DNA of 64,000 nucleotides, from contig NC_086097.1 in assembly GCF_963921235.1 (NCBI RefSeq), forward strand, positions 100,752,001 through 100,816,000, in the 5' to 3' direction. Source of the stretch: Mobula hypostoma (Eukaryota). This document shows positions 24,982-37,924 of the stretch, piece by piece (positions within the stretch are counted from its first letter, which is position 1; each line of letters begins with the position of its first letter). Both the position numbers and the translations under genes were made by a program. Below the pieces are notes generated by a model. It did no database searches, had not been told where the DNA came from, and saw nothing but the letters and a program-made list of their open reading frames with translations.

Positions 24982-25093
24982 TTAAAGCTTCTGGCTCTCC
25001 CAGTCAGTCTGTCTTTGCCCTTTGATTTACTGCTGTCTGTGGCTTCAAACCACGGAAATAATTCCTTGGTCTTGTTAGAATGATTCCTATCAT
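24982..25093 (-). CDS. Candidate 112-nt exon of an unidentified host gene
   Basis: Acceptor tctgtcttgctatgtttcag and donor TAA|gtaagt. Only one fully open frame (phase 1 to 2): (D)DRNHSNKTKELFPWFEATDSSKSKGKDRLTGRARSF(K). Confidence 0.6.
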
Positions 25094-26724
25094 CTGAAAC
25101 ATAGCAAGACAGATTTAAGTAATAGGATTAGAAGACAATACTAAAGTGCTTTTTGAGTAAACGTTTTTGTAGAAAATTTAAAAGAGCACTCCTTTTTGAC
25201 ATTATGATGGAGAGACAAAATTCTTTATTGTTTACATAAAAGAATTCTTTCTCAGCTACTTAAATAACCCTGCAACAACTCTTTAAAAAGCTTAATTTAA
25301 GACATTGAAAGAGTGTTCTCATGCTTCTGTTTTTCAAGTTCTGTCTACTGCATCGTACCATAAAATACAAAAGCATATTATTGCTCGGGGTATCAGTAAG
25401 ACAAAGTATAATGCATGTGAAGTGAGTGGTGAAATGTAGAAATACCAGAAGAATTAATCCTAATTTCTGAAATCATGATCAGACTCCATTATCAGTTTCT
25501 TCATGCAGTAGTACTCCATACATGGTATGATTTCAGAACAATGCATGAAAAGCAACAGTTGGAACCACAAAAGGAAAAAAGAGCTCCTGCAAGTTAAAGA
25601 ATGAAGCCAGGGAATTAAAAAAATTTTCATTTAATATAAGTGTTTTAATAGTTACAATTATCTATTGATACAATTTAAATCCAGAAGTCTGGGAAGGCAC
25701 CTCAGACTATTGAATGTTCACTCTGTACACGGGGGAGCTTGTCCTGAACAAACAGCTGAAGGGACATGACGTCCCTTGATCTTGCACAGAAGCTGACATC
25801 ACTGCTCACCATCAGTGTGTGTTTCATGGATAGCACAAGGTGGCTGCGAAAAATTCTGCTGAAGCAGAATGAGAAACTAGAATCTGTGATCTGCTGACAG
25901 ATTTTACTTGAGTTAAGAGAGAGATTAAGAAGCAGAATCTCACTTTCCAATACATACAGAAACAGCAGATGGATGTACTTTACTGGAAGTAATTCTAATG
26001 AGACCTGTACAGGTCAGACAAATTGAACCTCAATAAAGTTAGGATCAATGTCTTCATGAGAGATTGTGTGTGTGCAGGTATGTGGAGGGGAGTGGGGAGC
26101 ATAAACTAATTTGATGGTGGGGGTAGAGGTGGAATGGATGTAGGAAGGTTACATTAAGATACAAAAAAAAGTGGAAATGGATTGTTTGAGGTACATCACA
26201 CTAGAACAAGAAACAAAGTCTTTAGATAGGGTCAAAGGCATATTTACAGCAATGTGAAGGTAGGAAGTGTACCAGATAAGGTTGGGAATCCACAGGTGTA
26301 ATTATTCACATAACATGATATGTTACGGCAACACAGAGACCTGTCTTAAGAAAAGGCAGGAATTTGTCCCAAATATTTTTGGATACAACGTATCCAGATT
26401 TCCATAACCATAATTCCCTGATCGTTCAAAATTTTATCTATTTCCCCTTTAAATTCCCTCAATGACTGAGCCTCCACAGACTTATCTTGTGCACTTACTA
26501 AGTAAACTTGACGTAGTGACTTAGAAATTCTGCCTTAGTGAAGGACTGCTGACTGGCCATGAACTCACAGATAACTTCAAGCCGCTCAGAACTGACACAC
26601 AAAGTTGTAGCTGTACACTCATCAGCCTACACAGCTTAGAAGTGGTTACTTCACCCATCATGTCCATGCCAACATTTTGTCCATCTACACTAATCCACAC
26701 TTGAACCATATCCTTCTATACCTT

Positions 26725-26964
26725 AACAACAGGAATTCTGCAGATGCTGGAAATTCAAACAACACACATCAAAGTTGTTGGTGAATGCAGCAGGCCAGGC
26801 AGCATCTCTAGGAAGAGGTACAGTCGACGTTTCAGGCCGAGACCCTTTGTCAGGACTAACCCTTCGTTAGTCTTGACGAAGGGTCTTGGCCTGAAACATC
26901 GACTATACCTCTTCCTAGAGATGCTGCCTGGCCTGCTGCGTTCACCAGCAACTTTGATGTGTAT
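26725..26964. mobile_element. Palindromic PLE-derived mini-element with two opposed hammerhead motifs
   Basis: 97-bp arms 26764-26860 and 26866-26962 with loop CCTTC. TSD TCCTTCTATACCTT/TCCTTCTACACCTT (26711-26724, 26965-26978). Confidence 0.9.
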
Positions 26965-26983
26965 TCCTTCTACACCTTGCCTG

Positions 26984-27420
26984 TTTTTTAAATTCAAATT
27001 TTTATTATTATTTATTCTTATTTTACAAAGCAGCACAGCATATCCCAGAGCAGATACAGTACAGCATATTTACACAGCCATCCCATGACAGGAAAACAAA
27101 TAAAACTTGGAGACAGAAAGAAGTTCTAATTTAAGTTTAAAGTAACATACAACCAGAACTGATTCCACGCATCTTGCGCTTTTCCCTCACTGTTAATTCT
27201 TCCCAACATGTGTTCATATGATGAAATCTTAATCATTTCCTCAGTCCATTCCTTCACAGTGGGACATCTGGGTTTTTTCCAGTTTTGCAATATAATTCTT
27301 GCAACTGTGATAAGACCCACCTTTAGAATAGTAAATTTGTTATTGTTTATATTAGGTATCATTGTCCTATCACCCAAGAGACAAAGCCGTGGACAAATCA
27401 TACCTTGCTTGTTTAAATGC
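26984..27420 (-). mobile_element. L1/Tx1-type LINE 3' end fragment
   Basis: ARIILQNWKKPRCPTVKEWTEEM..ISSYE..W.QFW, an ORF2 C-terminus comparable to 51494-51847. Followed by AATAAA and an A-rich tail. Confidence 0.75.
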
Positions 27421-27429
27421 AGTGATTGT

Positions 27430-28555
27430 AAACACAAAGAACACTGCAGATGCTGGATATCCAAAGCAACACACACAAAACTCTGGAGGAACTCAGCAGG
27501 TCGGACAACACATTTGGAAAAGAATAAACAGTTGATGTTTCAGAATGAGACCCTTCTTTAGGACTGAGAAGGAAGATGGAAAATGCCAAAATAAAACGTT
27601 GGGGGGGGGAGGGGAAAGAGGCTAGCTGGAAGGTGATAGGTGAAGCCAGGTGGGTGGGAAAGTAACAGCAGGAAAATAAAAAATCTGATTGGAAAGGACA
27701 GTGGACCATAGGAGAGAGGGAACATCAGGGGAGGGAGGAAGAAGTAATAGGCAGGAAAGAAGTAAAAGGTCAGTGTGGGGAATAGACGACATAAATCAAT
27801 ATTCATGTCATCAGTTTGGAAGGTACCCAGATGGAATATAAGGTGTTGACTCCTCCATCCTGAGGGTGGCCTCATCTTAGCACAAGAGGAGACCATAGAC
27901 GAACACATAAGGATGGGAATGGGATTTAAAATGTTTGGCCACCTGGAAGTCCTACTTGTGGTGGATGGTGCGGAGGTGCTTAACGAAGCAGGCCCCCAAT
28001 TTATGACAGGTCTCAGCAAGGTAGAGGAGGCTGCATCGGAAGCACTTGACACAATGGATGACCCCAGCAGATCTGCAGGTGAAGTGTTGCTTCACCTTGA
28101 GGAACTGTTGGGACCCTAAATAAAAGGGATGGAGGAAAGTGTATGGACAGGTGTGGCACTTAGGCCACTTGCAGGGATAAGTGTTGGGAGGGAGATTAGT
28201 GGGGAGGGATGAATGGATAAGGAAATCGTGGAGGGAGTGACCGCTGCAGAAAGTGGTGAGGGGAGGTAAAGGTATGTTTAGATGTAGGATCCATTTGGAG
28301 ATGGCAGAAGTTAGAGGATAAAATGTTGGGTGCAGAGGCTGATGGGCTGGTAGGTAAGGACAAGAGGAACTCTATCACTATTAACGCGGCATGAAGATGG
28401 GGTGTGCAAATATATGGGAAATGAAGGAATGCGGGAGAAGGCAGCATCAATAGCACAGAGAGGGAGACGCTTCTTTAAAGAAGGAGGACATTTCCGATGT
28501 CCTGTAATGGAAAGTCGCGTCCTGGAAACAGATGTAGTGGAGGCAAAGAAACTAC
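27430..28555 (-). mobile_element. Penelope-like element 3' portion
   Basis: DRVPLVLTYQP.SL..QH linker, GIY-YIG region and QHLIFHLGTFQ.D.MNID, followed by a terminal repeat with a degenerate HHR at ~27529-27567. Confidence 0.85.
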
Positions 28556-28579
28556 TGGTGGTAACTGATTCCACCACTT

Positions 28580-30350
28580 CCTTTGGCATTATCCTTTGGA
28601 AATAAGTATTTTGCATCAATCTTCACTGTGGATGACACAAGCAGTATGCCAGATGTTTGAGAGTGTCAGGGCAAAAGTGAAGTTGTCATTACTAGGGAGA
28701 AGGTGCTTGGGAAACTGAAAGGACTGAAGGTAGATAAGTCACCTGGACCAGATGGTATATACCTGAAGGTTCTGAAAGAGGTGTCTGAAGAGGCATTAGT
28801 GGAGGCATTAGTAATGATCTTTCAAGGATCACTAGATTTTGGAATGGTTCAGAAGGAATGGAAAATTGAGAGTGTCAGTCTTCTCTTCAAGAAGGGAAAG
28901 ATGCAGAGGAAAGGAAATTATAGGCTAATTATCTGCAGCTTAATGTGAAAAAGACTAAGGAGCTGGTGGTAGACCTGAGGAGAGCTAAGGTACCAGTGAC
29001 CCCTGTTTCCATCCAGGGGGTCAGTGTGGACATGGAGGAGGATTACAAATACCTGGGGATACAAATTGACAATAAACTGGACTGGTCAAAGAACACTGAG
29101 GCTGTCTACAAGAAGGGTCAGAGCCGTCTCTATTTCCTGAGGAGACTGAGGTCCTTTAACATCTGCCGGACGATGCTGAGGATGTTCTACGAGTCTGTGG
29201 TGGCCAGTACTATCATGTTTGCTGTTGTGTGCTGGGGCAGCAGGCTGAGGGTAGCAGGCACCAACAAAATCAACAATCTCATTCGTAAGGCCAGCGATGT
29301 TGTGGGGATGGAACTGGACTCTCTCACTGTGGTGTCTGAAAAGAGAGGATTCTGTCTAAGTTGCATGCCATCTTGGTCAATGTCTCCCATCCACTACATA
29401 ATGTACTGGGTGGGCACAGGAGTCCATTCAGCCAGAGACTCATTCCTCCGAGATGCAGCACAGAGCGTCATAGGAAGTCATTCCTGCCTGTGGCCATCAA
29501 ACTTTACAACTCCTCCCTTGGAGGGTCAGACACCCTGAGCCGATAGGCTGGTCCTGGATTTATTTCATAATTTACTGGCATAATTTACATATTACAACTA
29601 TTTATGGTTCTATTACTATTTATTATTTGTGGTGCAACTGTAACGAAAACCAATTTCCCCCGGAATCAATAAAGTATGACTATGACTAGTTAGTCTGATC
29701 TCAATGGTTGGGAAGATGTTGAAGTCGATTGTTAAGGATTTGGTTTCAGGGTACTTGGAGTCAGCATGATTTCCTCAAGGGAAAATCTTGCCTAACAAAT
29801 CTGCTGAAATTCTTTGCAGAAATAATAATCAGGATAGACAAAGGAGAATCGGTGGATGTTGTGTACTTGGATTTTCAAGTCTTTGACAAGGTGTCACACT
29901 AGAAGCTGCTTAACATTTTAACAGCCCATGGTATTACAGAAAAGAAACTAGCATGTATAAAAGGCATTGGCTGATTGGCAGGAGGCAAATAGTGGAAATA
30001 AAAGGAGCCTTTTCTGGTTGGCTGCCAGTAACTAGTGGTGTTCCACAGGGGTCTGTGTTGTTACCATCTCTTTTCATGTTATATGTCAATGACTTGGATG
30101 ATGAAATTGATGGCTTCTTGGCCAAGTTTACGGATGATACCAATATAGGTGTAGGAGCAGGTAGTTCTGAGGAGGCAGAGAGGCTACAGAAGGACTTGGA
30201 CAGATTAGTGGAATAGGCAAAGAAGTGGAAGATGGAATACAATGTCAGAAAGTGTATGATCACGCCAGCAGGAAAATGATCAGCTATGATGAAATGACAG
30301 AGCAGACTCAATGGGCTAAATTGCCTAATTCTGCTTCAATATCTTATGCT
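28580..30350 (+). mobile_element. CR1 ORF2 fragment, interrupted by a Rex1 insertion
   Basis: LKVDKSPGPDGI..LFKKG..GNYRL continues after 29687 as VSLIS.VGK, then GVPQGSVL..KFTDDT. Confidence 0.85.
28927..29687 (+). mobile_element. Rex1/Babar-type 3' end, relatively young
   Basis: KTKELVVDLRR..YKYLG..IDNKLDW..KKGQSRLYFLRRLRSF..HPLH. AATAAA and a (TATGAC)n tail. Confidence 0.9.
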
Positions 30351-33300
30351 CCATAAATCTACCTTTCTCTGTGTAAAAACTTTCTCCTCTTATCCCCTTA
30401 AAAAATCCTTCCTTTCATCATAAATCTATGCTTGATTAAAGGTTCTGTCTACCTCATCTATGTTTTTTATAATTTAATACATTTGTCAGGTCATTCCTCA
30501 GCCTCTTTCACTCTACGAAAAACAAGCCCAGCCTATCCATTCTCTCTCCATAACTAACATCCTCCAGTCTGGGCAATAGCCTGGTAAAACTTCTCTTCAC
30601 TCTCTCTAGTACGATCGCATCTTTCCCAGACTATGGTGACCAGAACTGAATACAATGTTCCAAATGTGGTTAATCCAATATTTTGTAAAATTGTTACATA
30701 ACCTCTCAATTCTCATATTAAATATGCTGACCCATAAAGGCATTCTTGCTGTACACTTTAGAAACATAGTAACATAGAAAACCTATAGCACAGTACAGGC
30801 TCTTCAGCCCACAAAGCTGTGTTGAACATGTCCCTACCTGAGAAATTACCTAGAGTTACCCATAGCCTTCCAATTTTCTGAGCTCCATATATCTGTCCAG
30901 GAGTCTGTTAAAAGATCCTATTGTATCCGCCTCCACCACCGTCACCGGCAGCCCATTCCACGCACTCACCATTCTCTGCATAAAAATCTTACCCCTGATG
31001 TCTCCTCTGTACCTACTTCCAAGCACATTAAAACTGTGCCTTCTCGTATTAGTCACTTCAGCCCTGGGAAAAAGCCTCTGACAATGATCCGTGCCTCTCA
31101 TCATCTTACACACCTCTATCAGGTCACCTCTCATTCTCCATCACTCCAAGGAGAAAAGGCCAAGTTCACTCAACCTATTCTCATAGGGCATGCTCCCCAA
31201 TCCAGGCAACATCCTTATAAATCTCCTCTGCACCCTTTCTATGGTTTCCACATCCTTCCTGTAGTGAGGCAACCAGAACTGAGCACAGTACTCCAAGCGT
31301 AGTCTGACCAGGGTCCTATATAGCTGCAACATTAGCTCTCAGCTTCTAAACTCAATCTCATGATTGATGAAGGCCAATGCACCGTATGCTTTCTTAACTA
31401 CAGAGTCAACCTGTGCAGCAGCTTTGAGTGTCCTATGGACTCGGATGCCAAGATCCCTCTGATCCTCCACACTGCCAAGAGTCTTACCATTAATGCTATA
31501 TTCTGCCATCATATTTGACTTACCAAAATAAACCACCTCACACTTATCTGGGTTGAACTCCACCTGTCATTTCTCAGCCCATTTTTGCATCCTATCAATG
31601 TCCCGCTGTAACCTCTGACAGCCCTCCATACTATCCGCAACACCTCCAACCTTTGTGTCATCAGAAAATTTACTAACCTATCCCTCCACTCCTTCATCCA
31701 GGTCATTTACAAAAATCACGGGGTCCCTGAACAGATCCCTGAGACACACCGCTGGTGACTGACCTCCATGCAGAATATGACCTGTCTACAACCACACTTT
31801 GCCTTATGTAGGCAATCCAGTTCTGAATCCACAAAGCAATTTTCCCTTGGATCCCATGCCTCCTCACTTTCTCAATAAGCCTGCATGGGATACCTTGTCA
31901 AGTGTCTTACTGAAATCCATATACGCTACATCTACTGCTCTACCATCATCAATGTGTTTAGTCACATCCTCAAAAAATTCAATCAGGCTCGTAAGGCACG
32001 ACCTGCCTTTCACAAAGCCATGCTGACTATTCTTAATCATATTATGCCTCTCCAAATGTGCATAAATCCTGACTCTCAGGATCTTTTCCATCAACTTACC
32101 AACCACTGAAGTAAGACTCACTGGTCTGTAATTTCCTGGGTTATCTCTACTCCCTTTCTTGAATAATGGACAACATCCGCAACCCTCCAGTCCTCTGGAA
32201 CCTCTCCCGTCCCCATTGATGATGCAAAGATCATTGCTAGAAGCTCAGCAATCTCCTCCCTCGCCTCCCACAGTAGCCTGGGGTATGTCTCATCCGGTCC
32301 CGGTGACTTATCCAACTTGATGCTTTCCAAAAGCTCCAGCACATCCTCTTTCTTAATATCTACATGCTTAAACTTTTCAGTCCGCTGTAAGTCATCCCTA
32401 CAATCGCCAAGATCCTTTTCCGTAGTGAATACTGAAGCAAAGTACTCATTAAGTACCTCTGCTATCTCCTCCAGTTCCATACACACTTTTCCAATGTCAC
32501 ACTTGATTGGTCCTATTCTCTCATGTCTTGCTCTTAACATACTTGTAGAATGCTTTGGGGGTTTCCTTAATCCTGTCTACCAAGGCCTCTTATGGCCCCT
32601 TCTGGCTCTCCTAATTTCTTTCTTGAGCTCCTTCTTGCTAGCATTCTAATCTTCTAGCTCTCTATCATTACTTAGCTTTTTGAACCTTCCGTAAGCTCTT
32701 CTTTTCTCCTTGACTAGATTTACAACAGCCTTTGTACACCACGGTTCCTGCACCCTACCATCCTTTCCCTATCTTATTGGAACATACCTATGCAGAACTC
32801 CATGCAAATATCCCCTGAACATTTACCACATTTCTTCCATACGTTTCCCTGAGAACATCTGTTTCCAATTTATGCTTCCAAGTTTCTGCCTGATAGCCTC
32901 ATATTTCCCCTTACTCCAATTAAACCTTTCCCTAACTTGTCTGTTCCTATCCCTCTCCAATGCTATGGTAAAGGAGATAGAGTTGTGATCACTATCTCCA
33001 AAATGCTCTCCCATTGAGAGATCTAACACCTGACCAGGTTCATTTCCCAATACCAGATCAAGTACAGTCTCTCCTCTTGTAGGCTTATCTACATATTGTG
33101 TCAAGAAACCTTCTTGAACACACCTAACAAACTCCACCCCATCTAAATCCCTCGCTCTAGGGACATACCAATCGATATTCGGAAATTAAAATCTCCCACA
33201 ACAACAACCTTGCTATTATTACACCTTTCCAGAATCTGTCTCCCTATCTGCTCCTCAGTGTCCCTGTTACTATTGGGTGGTCTATAACAAACATCCAGTA

Positions 33301-34970
33301 GAGTTATTGATCCCTTCCTGTTCCTAACTTCCACCCACTGAGACTCCATAGACAATCCCCCCATGTCTTCCTCCTTTTCTGCAGCTGTGACACCATCTCT
33401 GATCAGCAGTGCCATGCCCCACCTCTCTTGTCTCCCTCCCTGTCCTTTCTGAAACATCTAAAGTGTGGCACTCGAAGTAACCATTCCTGCCCCTGAGCCA
33501 TCCAAGTCTCTGTAATCGCCGCAACATTATAACTCCAAGTACTGATCCACGCTTTAAGCTCATCTGCTTCGTTCATAATACTCCTTGCGTTAAAGTAGAC
33601 ATACCTGAAACCATCGGTCTGAGCATGTCCCTTCTCTATCACCTGCCTATCTTCTGTCTCACACTGTCTCCAAGCTTTCTTCACCGCTCTATGATCTGGT
33701 GTTGTTAGTCTCAGGGAAACAACCCCAAGGTCCCTTTGTTCATCAACATTCTTTAGCATATTACCATTTACTGTATATCTCCTACAGTATCTGACTTCCC
33801 AAAATCTATCACCTTGCATGGGTCAGTGTTAAATTCCATCTGTCAATGCTCTACTAAGCTTTCCATCTGTTTTGTATCCTGCTGTAGCTTTTTGACAACT
33901 TTCCTTGCTATCCACAACTGAATTTACTATCATACCTACATTGACATCCAAGTCACTAATATAAATCACAAACAACATCAATCCCTGTGGCACAGCACTT
34001 GTCACAGACTTCCAATCAGAAATGCATCCTTCCACAACTACCTCTGCTTCTGGTCACTCAACCCATTTTACATCCAATTACCCAGCTTGCCTTGCTTCCC
34101 AACAGCCATGCACAAACTTGTCAAGCGCCTGACTAAAGTCCATTTATACAACTTTTACTTACTTGCCTTCAACCTTCTCGATTAGCTCCTTAAACAACTT
34201 GAAATTGGCAAGCATGTCTTCCCTGAACTAAACTAAGCTATAAATCTTTGATCAGCTCCTGCTTTTCAAATATACTTGAATCCTATCCCTTTGTATTTTT
34301 CCCAATAATTTCCCTACCACTGATGCAAGGCTCACTAACCTATAGTTACTTGACTTGCTCTTACTGCCCTTCTTAATTAAAGGAACAGCATTCGCAATCC
34401 TCTCCTGAGATCAAAGGGGAAGTGTCTATGAAATCATTGTCTTGGCTTCAGTTATCTCTATGCTTGCTTCCCACAACCTTATCAGGCCTTGGGGATTTAT
34501 CAATCTTTGTGTGTTCATCTAACATCTTCTTCTTAATAATGATCTGCTCCTGATTATCCTTGAATACACTATCTTCCATGTCTTTCTCCTTGGTGAATAC
34601 AGATGAGAAGCATTCATTTAAGATCTTTGTCACATCACTTGGCTGCATACATAGTTTACTTCTTTGGTCCCCAAGAAGAACCACTCTTTTTCTGTATATT
34701 TGTCTTGTTCCTGAGCAATCTGGGGATTTGCCTTCATATTACTTGCAAGGAATTTTCATAGGTACTATTCGCCCTCCTAAATTTCCAACTGAACTTCTCT
34801 GCTATATATTTTATATTCCTTAAGAAAATTTCCTGATTCCATCTGTTTGTATATTTCCTTTTTTTTGCTGATCAAGCCTTCAATACCCATTCAAAGTTCC
34901 CTAATCTTAACATTTCCTTTTTCCTCTTTCCAGAACATTCTGGCTCTGAACTCTTACTAATTCTCTTTTA
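30350..34970 (-). mobile_element. Old CR1, split by a younger CR1 (pieces 30350-30758 and 33680-34970)
   Basis: Decayed RT motifs (SAVPQG..LFVIYISDLD; FSSVFTKEKD..IDKSPRPD) are collinear on both sides of 30759-33680. Confidence 0.7.
30759..33680 (-). mobile_element. CR1 with nearly complete ORF2 (APE plus RT), frameshifted
   Basis: YFNARSI.N..DEL, AITETW, YRPPN, GDFNF, LDLVLGNE, DSDHN, KSPGPD, QHGFVKGRSCLT. (TTTCTATG)n-like tail at 30760. Confidence 0.95.
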
Positions 34971-34974
34971 AATA

Positions 34975-35515
34975 ACTTGGAGTACTGCGCTCAGTTCTGG
35001 TCGCCTCATTACAGGAAGGATGTGGAAACTATAGAAAGGGTGCAGAGGAGATTTACAAGGATGTTGCCTGGACTGGGGAGCATGCCTTATGAAAACAGAT
35101 TGAGTGAACTCGGCCTTTTCTCCTTGGAGCGACCGAGGATGAGAGGTGACCTGATAGAGGTGTACAAAATAATGAAAGACATTGATTGTGTGGATAGACA
35201 GAGGCTTTTTCCTAGGACTGAAATGGCTGCCATAAGAGGACACAGGTTTAGGGTGCGGGGGAGTAGGTACCGAGGAGATGTCGGGGTAAATTTTTTTATG
35301 CAAAGTGGTGAGTGCGTGGACTGGGCTGCCAGCAACGGTGGTGGAGGCAGATACGATAGGGTCTTTTCAGAGACTTTTGGATAGGTACATGGAGCTTAGA
35401 AAAATAGAGGGCCATGGGTAACCCTAGTAATTTCTAAGGTAGGGACATGTTCAGCACAACTCTGTGGGCCGAAGGGCCTGTATTGTGCTGTAGGTTTTCT
35501 ATGTTTCTATGTTTC
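34975..35515 (+). mobile_element. CR1 3' end
   Basis: EYCAQFWSPHYRKDVETIERVQRRFTRMLPG and tail (TTTCTATG)n. Confidence 0.95.
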
Positions 35516-35519
35516 TCAC

Positions 35520-36250
35520 ACCTGCCTGCTATCATCTTACCCACAAGCATATGTTCCCAATCTACTCTCACTAGAATCATTAGTAAAATAAGCTATATCT
35601 CTAGTTCAAGATTTTAACTTGAGGGCCAGCTTTATCTCTTTCCATGACTAGCCTGAAATTCACAGAATTTCTGTCACCATTTTCAAAGTATGCCCCCTCA
35701 AAACACTTCCACCACCTGCCCAGTTTCATTTCCTAAGATAAAGTCAAATTTGGCCCCATCTCTAGTAGGATGATCTATTATCAAAATATTTTCTTGGATG
35801 CACTTAACAAAATACCACTCCATCTAAACCCCTGTTGATGTCAGGAAAGTTAAAATCCCCTGCTACTATTACAATTATGCTCTTACACCTTACTGTGATT
35901 TGCCTAGATATCAGTTCCTCAAATTCCCACTGAGTATTATGGTAAAACCCCAACAGTGATACCTCTCGTTTTTCACAAGTTCTACCCATGTGGACTCACG
36001 GGTCAATCCCTCTAAAGTACTCTCTGTAAGTATTTGTGTTATGTTCTCTCAGATCAGCATGTTTTCCCCCGCCTTTTTTGTATGCCCCTTCATCACATCT
36101 GAAACTTCTATACACTGGAATATGGAGCTGCAAGTCCTGCCTTTCATTCAATCACATTTCTGTGATTGCAATAATGCCATAATTCCAAGTCCTGATCCAT
36201 GCTCAAAGCTCACCTGACTTGCCTGTGAGGATCTTTGCCTTGATGCACTA
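35520..36250 (-). mobile_element. Old CR1 endonuclease fragment
   Basis: VAGDFNFPDIN motif and AIIAITE motif. Confidence 0.65.
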
Positions 36251-36319
36251 TTCTAATTTTCATACCCTTTAACCCCAGCCCCTTCTACCAAGAAAAATGA
36301 ATCAGATGAAGTAACACAT

Positions 36320-36812
36320 CTGCTGGTGTTGTCTACTGCATCTGGTGCTCCTGACACAATCCGTGCTCTATCCACCAAAACCAGGGTTTTCCAGTGACCA
36401 ACCATTTTAATTCCTATCCCCATTCCCATTCTAACATGTCAGTCCATGGCCTCCTCTTCTGCCATGATGAGGCCACTCTCAGGGTGGAGTAGCAACACCT
36501 CATATTCCATCTAGATAGCCTCCAACTTGATGTCATGAACATTGATTTCTCCTTCTGATAATTCCCTCCCCACTTTTTCTCTTTTTCTATTCCTCACTCT
36601 GGCTTCTTACCTCTTTTCCTCACCTGCCTATCACCTTCCCCTGGTGCCCCTCCATCTTCCCTTTCTCACATGGTCCACTCTCCTCTCCTATCAGCCCTTT
36701 ACCTTTCCCATACCTGGCTTTACCCGTCACCTTCCAGCAAGTTCTCCTTCCCCTCCCACCTTTTTATTCTGGCATCTTCCCCCTTCCTTTCCAGTCCTGA
36801 AGAAGGGTCTGA
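36320..36812 (+). mobile_element. Penelope-like fragment
   Basis: HFNSYPHSHSNMSVHGLLFCHDEATLRVE.QHLIFHL. Ends at a half HHR, CAGTCCTGAAGAAGGGTCT. Confidence 0.8.
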
Positions 36813-37007
36813 GTCCTTTTTTAAAGCTCAATAAAATTCCAATCATATAAACAATAGCTTGTACCTCTGACCATGATGTTCTATCAACCCTCCACTCCAC
36901 TGAAATCATCTGCAGTACTTCCTTTATCATACTCATCCTGTTACTTCAGTCACATATTCCTGTTTTCCTTTTACTAGCTAGCCTTCTTCTGTATCTGCTT
37001 TCACAAA

Positions 37008-37924
37008 TGTGATGAAAGAGGGTTACAAAAGTACACATAGACTAAGATGTTAACTGTCCTGTGCTAGCACCAGTGGGATCAACAGTTGATCTGCCACCTG
37101 TCTTCAGGAGAGAGAGATAAGTAAGACAATGGAGCAGGATTTGGAAATGTTAATGAAGAGACGAGAGAGTTTAACAGAAGGAGACACCAGTCTGGGTATT
37201 GTCAAGACCGGCTCCTTTTGAACCCTGAACTGTTTGAAGTGTGATGGACAGGCGATATCCCAGCAGGGGGATAAAAAGGGGCAGGTTCGCTAAGACAAGA
37301 CACACACGACACCATGAGGTAATGAGACCCTGGAAGCGGTGCGCACCCACAAGTCGGTGGGAGTTTTTGGAGGTCTGGTCGCGGGTCCAGCCATAGACGC
37401 ACAGGGTGGAAAGATACGGTCGGTGGGAACCTGGTGCGTGTTCGCCCTTGCATGGGTGCCGGGTTCACCGCTAAAGAACGATCGTGTCTGGAACGGAGGG
37501 GTCACAGTCGGTGACCTCAGAAGACATTACCAGGGACTCGCCTGAAAGCTAACTGCAAGGAATATCAAAGGTCTGTGTGGAATCCGTTTTGAATATTCAT
37601 TCGCTTTTGCTCTCTCTCCTTTTCCCCGCCCAACAGCACAACAGTGATTACTGTGAACTGAACTGAACTCAATTGAACTGAACTTTGCGTCACTTGAAAC
37701 TGGTCATTTACCCCTAGACTGCGATAGAGCTTGATTGATCCTATTACCCTAGTTCTGCGTACATGTGTGTTTATCATTGCTGAACTGTTGCATTTATTAT
37801 CCTTTTGATTAGAGTACTGTGTTGCTTATTTCTTTAATAAAACTTTCTTAGTTCCAGTAATCCAGACTCCAACTGAGTGGTCCATTTCTGCTGGTTTGGC
37901 TACCCAGTTATGGGATATGTAACA
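37008..37924 (+). mobile_element. Solo LTR (917 bp)
   Basis: TGTGA...TGTAACA termini. 4-bp TSD CAAA (37004-37007, 37925-37928). GATAAAAA TATA-like box at ~37270 and AATAAA at ~37836. Confidence 0.85.

Noticed and set aside
26744..27088. Similar ORFs on both strands (bidirectional gene)
   Set aside because: A direct consequence of the DNA palindrome; no coding signature.
1..37924. Giant provirus bounded by the two similar LTRs
   Set aside because: The LTRs are too diverged, the second has its own TSD, and there is no PBS or internal gag/pol.
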